This document shows positions 61,138-64,000 of a stretch of DNA of 64,000 nt, in pieces (position 1 is the first letter of the stretch; every line of letters starts with the position of its first letter). The DNA comes from Amphiscolops sp. MND2022 (lineage: Eukaryota), in assembly GCA_964187785.1 (NCBI GenBank), contig OZ076418.1, positions 4,712,001 through 4,776,000 on the forward strand. The letters are read 5' to 3'. The position numbers and the translations under genes were made by a program. The notes beneath the pieces are model-generated. The model ran no database searches and was not told the DNA's origin. It was given only the letters and a program-made list of their open reading frames with translations.

Positions 61138-62764
61138 CAGTGCCTAACGAAATTGTAACAATAGACTTTTAAAAAAGTGAGATCTTCTTTTTCTCTCAGA
61201 AGGGTACAGCATTTAAACTAAGTAAGCTTTCAATATGTTTGTTAAACACGTTGCATTAATGTATATTGTTTTGGTTTATATTTTCGAGTTTTTTACATGT
61301 ATTCACAAGCACTCTACTGAAAAATTGTATTGTTACAATTTCGTGTGTGGTTATGTTTTAGAAAATGAATTTGAATAAACGTTTTTATACACTTAAAAAA
61401 ACAGAATATAAGAACAGGAACAGTGTTTCAGTATTTAGTATAACCACCCCGAGCCTTCAAAACAGCGTTTATGCGCTTGGGCATACTATCGATAAGGTTT
61501 TGAACTGTCTCAACTGGTATTTTGTTCCACTCGTCTTGCACCCGTTCCCACAGCTCAGCAACGCTCTCAGGAGGTTTAGAATACATTCGCAATTGGTACT
61601 TCAGCGTGTGCCAAAGGTGTTCAATTGGATTTAAATCCGGTGATTGAGGAGGCCAGTCCATAACTGTTATTCCATTTTCCTCAAACCAGTCTTTCGCCAA
61701 TTTTGAGGTGTGTTTAGGGTCGTTATCCTGTTGAAAAACGATGTCATCTCGTCCCCATCCATAGTGTCGTATTGTACCCATGAGATTATCTGATAAAATC
61801 TCGCAATAAAGCTGGCTGTCCATGTTTCCCTCTATTTTACACGCCTGACCAATTCCCAAAGAAGTCATACATCCCCATAGCATCAGGCTTCCACCTCCGT
61901 GTTTAAACGTACCCTGCACGTGGCAGTCCAATAATGGTGCTTTAGGCTTTTTCCACACCCACTGGAGCCCATCGGAACCAAATCTGTTTATTTTGGTTTC
62001 ATCAGACCATATGACACGCTTGAAATCTTCTGGTGTCCAGTTGGAATACTTCCGTGCGAATTCCAATCTTTGTTGTCTGTGTTTTCTACTCAAGAAAGGT
62101 TTCTTCTTTTTCTTGATTGCTTTCAAACCACTTTTCCTCAATACTCGCCGGATAGCTTCAGGGTGCAATTGTGTTTCCATTGTATTTGAGAGCTCTTTAG
62201 CCGCATCAACAGCTGTTTGTATCCTTCCTGACGACATGTCTCGGACGAGTTTTCTTTTGTCATATGGAGTTAATTTTGATGGACGACCTGCTTTTGGTTT
62301 TGCAAGGCCATTGAAATGCTCGCTCCTCAATCGGGTCACCGTCATATGACTAACAGATGGCACCTTCTTGGCAATTTGCCTTGTAGATAAACCCTCCGCT
62401 ACATACTCGAAAATCTGCGTTTTGGTTGAGATGGGTATAACTTTCATAACAGAAACAAGTAATTAGAGACTGTGAGTGACAAAGAATGAAAATTGTAAAC
62501 GGAAATTTAACAGTTGAAATAATGTAGGAAGTGGTTTTTGCTTTTTGTAATGGCGCACACGAAATTGTAACAATAAATGTTTTATGATTCAACGTGCAAC
62601 CAGAAAAAAGCGTGAAGAAAAACAACTTCCGGTGATTGAAAACAACATGAGAAGAGTATGGTTGTTTTATTATATGGTTGTTTCTAACATAACATTTGTC
62701 TATGAACTAAAATACCCTTTATTAGAAATATGCCTATCTATTGTTACACTTTCGTGAGGCACTG
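61138..62764 (-). mobile_element. Tc1-family DNA transposon, full length
   Basis: 26-bp TIRs CAGTGCCT(A/C)ACGAAA(T/G)TGTAACAATA with 2 mismatches; TA duplication on both sides. Confidence 0.95.
61428..62447 (-). CDS. Tc1 transposase, DD34E, intact 339 aa
   Basis: HTH region with GRP motif, KKKKKP NLS, WSDE, QQDNDPKH and SPDLNPIEHLW; 34 residues between the second D and E. Confidence 0.95.
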   Translation of the reverse strand: MKVIPISTKTQIFEYVAEGLSTRQIAKKVPSVSHMTVTRLRSEHFNGLAKPKAGRPSKLTPYDKRKLVRDMSSGRIQTAVDAAKELSNTMETQLHPEAIRRVLRKSGLKAIKKKKKPFLSRKHRQQRLEFARKYSNWTPEDFKRVIWSDETKINRFGSDGLQWVWKKPKAPLLDCHVQGTFKHGGGSLMLWGCMTSLGIGQACKIEGNMDSQLYCEILSDNLMGTIRHYGWGRDDIVFQQDNDPKHTSKLAKDWFEENGITVMDWPPQSPDLNPIEHLWHTLKYQLRMYSKPPESVAELWERVQDEWNKIPVETVQNLIDSMPKRINAVLKARGGYTKY

Positions 62765-63292
62765 TAAGTGGCAACTAATTGGCCCCATTAACTTGCAAAG
62801 ACACAAAATTGCGGAAAGTAAGATTTCAACTTCGAAGGAAGCTAAGGCAGTCGACATCAAAGGGGAACGAATTCAGTGCAGGCGTCTCGGTTTCCAAGAT
62901 TTCGTGTCTTGATTTGCGCAAAACGCTCAGAAAAAGCTTGCAGATGCACTGTAATGAGTTGTTCACAAGCCATATGTTCAGAATTTATTGGCTTTTTAGA
63001 TAATAGCCTGCGTGAAACCGGCGAATAAAAGCTGCGTGAAACCGGCGAATGTATTCCCCCATGCCCTCGGATTCCGAAAAACGCCAAATTTCGTTGTGTG
63101 GTTTCCGCAAAATCAGTGCTAAATTGCCAAATTCACACGCTTTAAGATATGTCTGCGGAATCTGAGGGCCTACACGCACAGAAATCTGTCTGTAGCGATT
63201 TAGCCTGCAGATGCACTGTAATGCTAGCATTTCATCAAATCGAACATGTTTCTTTTCAGATCCAATATAGCCAACCAACACATGTTTGATCA

Positions 63293-64000
63293 ATGAGGGA
63301 GAAGCAGCGTTTGGGGTGCCAAGTGTACCATACAAGGTCCTACTCCACCACTGATTGTTCCTCGAGTGGTCTCCCTTTGACACCCTGTTCCATCCGAGTG
63401 TATGGCAGGTTCCAGAAAATACTCACCCTTAGAAACCCCAGACTATGTCGCTACATTGAATGCACCCGCAGCGGAAACGAATCCGTTTTGTTCATCTTGG
63501 AATGTGGCCCACATTGGCTGAAAGAAAACACGGACTCATCATCGGCCAAGATTTTGGAACACGCCTTCCAAATTCTGCAAGGCTTGAAGTGCTTGCATGA
63601 AAATGGAATCACCCATCATTGTTTAGACTGGAACTCTTTGAATCTGAACGCGGATGGGGAAATTCAGTTATGTAACTTCGCAGTTTACTTTTCCTCAGGA
63701 GGGGGTAACCTTATTTCATCGCCGGTTGGATGTCCGAGGTTCACCCCTCCTGAGAACCTTAGAAACGGTTGTCTGCCCCACACGATGCCAATTCCTGAAT
63801 TGGACGAGGATTTCAAAATGGACGGGCCAGAGTTCGATATCTGGTGTTTCGGCCTTCTTTTGCTGGAAATAGCTTGCAATGTAAAACTATGGGAGACCCT
63901 GACCCTTAAACAGACCTTTTCCAAGCTAATGTTCCTCTCATTCCATTCGCAGAGCGATGAGAGCTGTGTTTTGACTAAGATTCTGAAGAGTTCAGATTTG
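63293..64000 (+). CDS. TBCK: TBC1 domain-containing kinase, N-terminal pseudokinase domain (runs off window)
   Basis: My translation from ATG 63293 (in-frame TGA just upstream): SSGLPLTPCSIRVYGRFQKILTLRNPRLCRY...FQILQGLKCLHENGITH...DIWCFGLLLLE, matching recalled TBCK SNGLPLTPNSIKILGRFQ. Open to the window end, so absent from the ORF track. Confidence 0.9.
   Translation, partial: MREKQRLGCQVYHTRSYSTTDCSSSGLPLTPCSIRVYGRFQKILTLRNPRLCRYIECTRSGNESVLFILECGPHWLKENTDSSSAKILEHAFQILQGLKCLHENGITHHCLDWNSLNLNADGEIQLCNFAVYFSSGGGNLISSPVGCPRFTPPENLRNGCLPHTMPIPELDEDFKMDGPEFDIWCFGLLLLEIACNVKLWETLTLKQTFSKLMFLSFHSQSDESCVLTKILKSSDL

Larger units (their letters stand above)
61047..63094. mobile_element. Inverted-repeat (MITE/foldback) element interrupted by Tc1
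   Basis: Perfect 58-bp inverted repeats at 61047-61104 and 63037-63094; adjacent ~55-bp palindrome at ~60997-61051. Confidence 0.7.

Overview
AT-rich, intron-containing eukaryotic (animal-like, invertebrate-type) genomic DNA; no prokaryotic features. Host genes: the 3' part of a coiled-coil+MATH gene (4-714), a complete 10-exon VPS35L gene (2122-20505), intronless POLR1H/RPA12 (60069-60470) and the 5' end of TBCK (63293-end). The centre holds a 20.7-kb degenerate Ty3/Gypsy LTR retroelement (24731-45473, TGTT target duplication) organised like a complex virus. In order it carries two paralogous transmembrane micro-ORFs before gag, a Pol with a TARG1/OARD1-type macrodomain between protease and RT, a cassette of small accessory ORFs including three paralogues of an unrecognised ~100-aa domain, five covarying structured-RNA modules, a chuvirus-glycoprotein-like env and a RING-less coiled-coil+TRAF-C gene. 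The rest of the window contains an RTE-like LINE with a 2A-like motif, an apparently intact Tc1 (DD34E) nested in an inverted-repeat element, a Helentron/HINE-like family, a 12x226-bp array that multiplies a VPS35L splice acceptor, and a 3x1.08-kb tandem triplication. All homology calls are from recalled motifs, not database searches.
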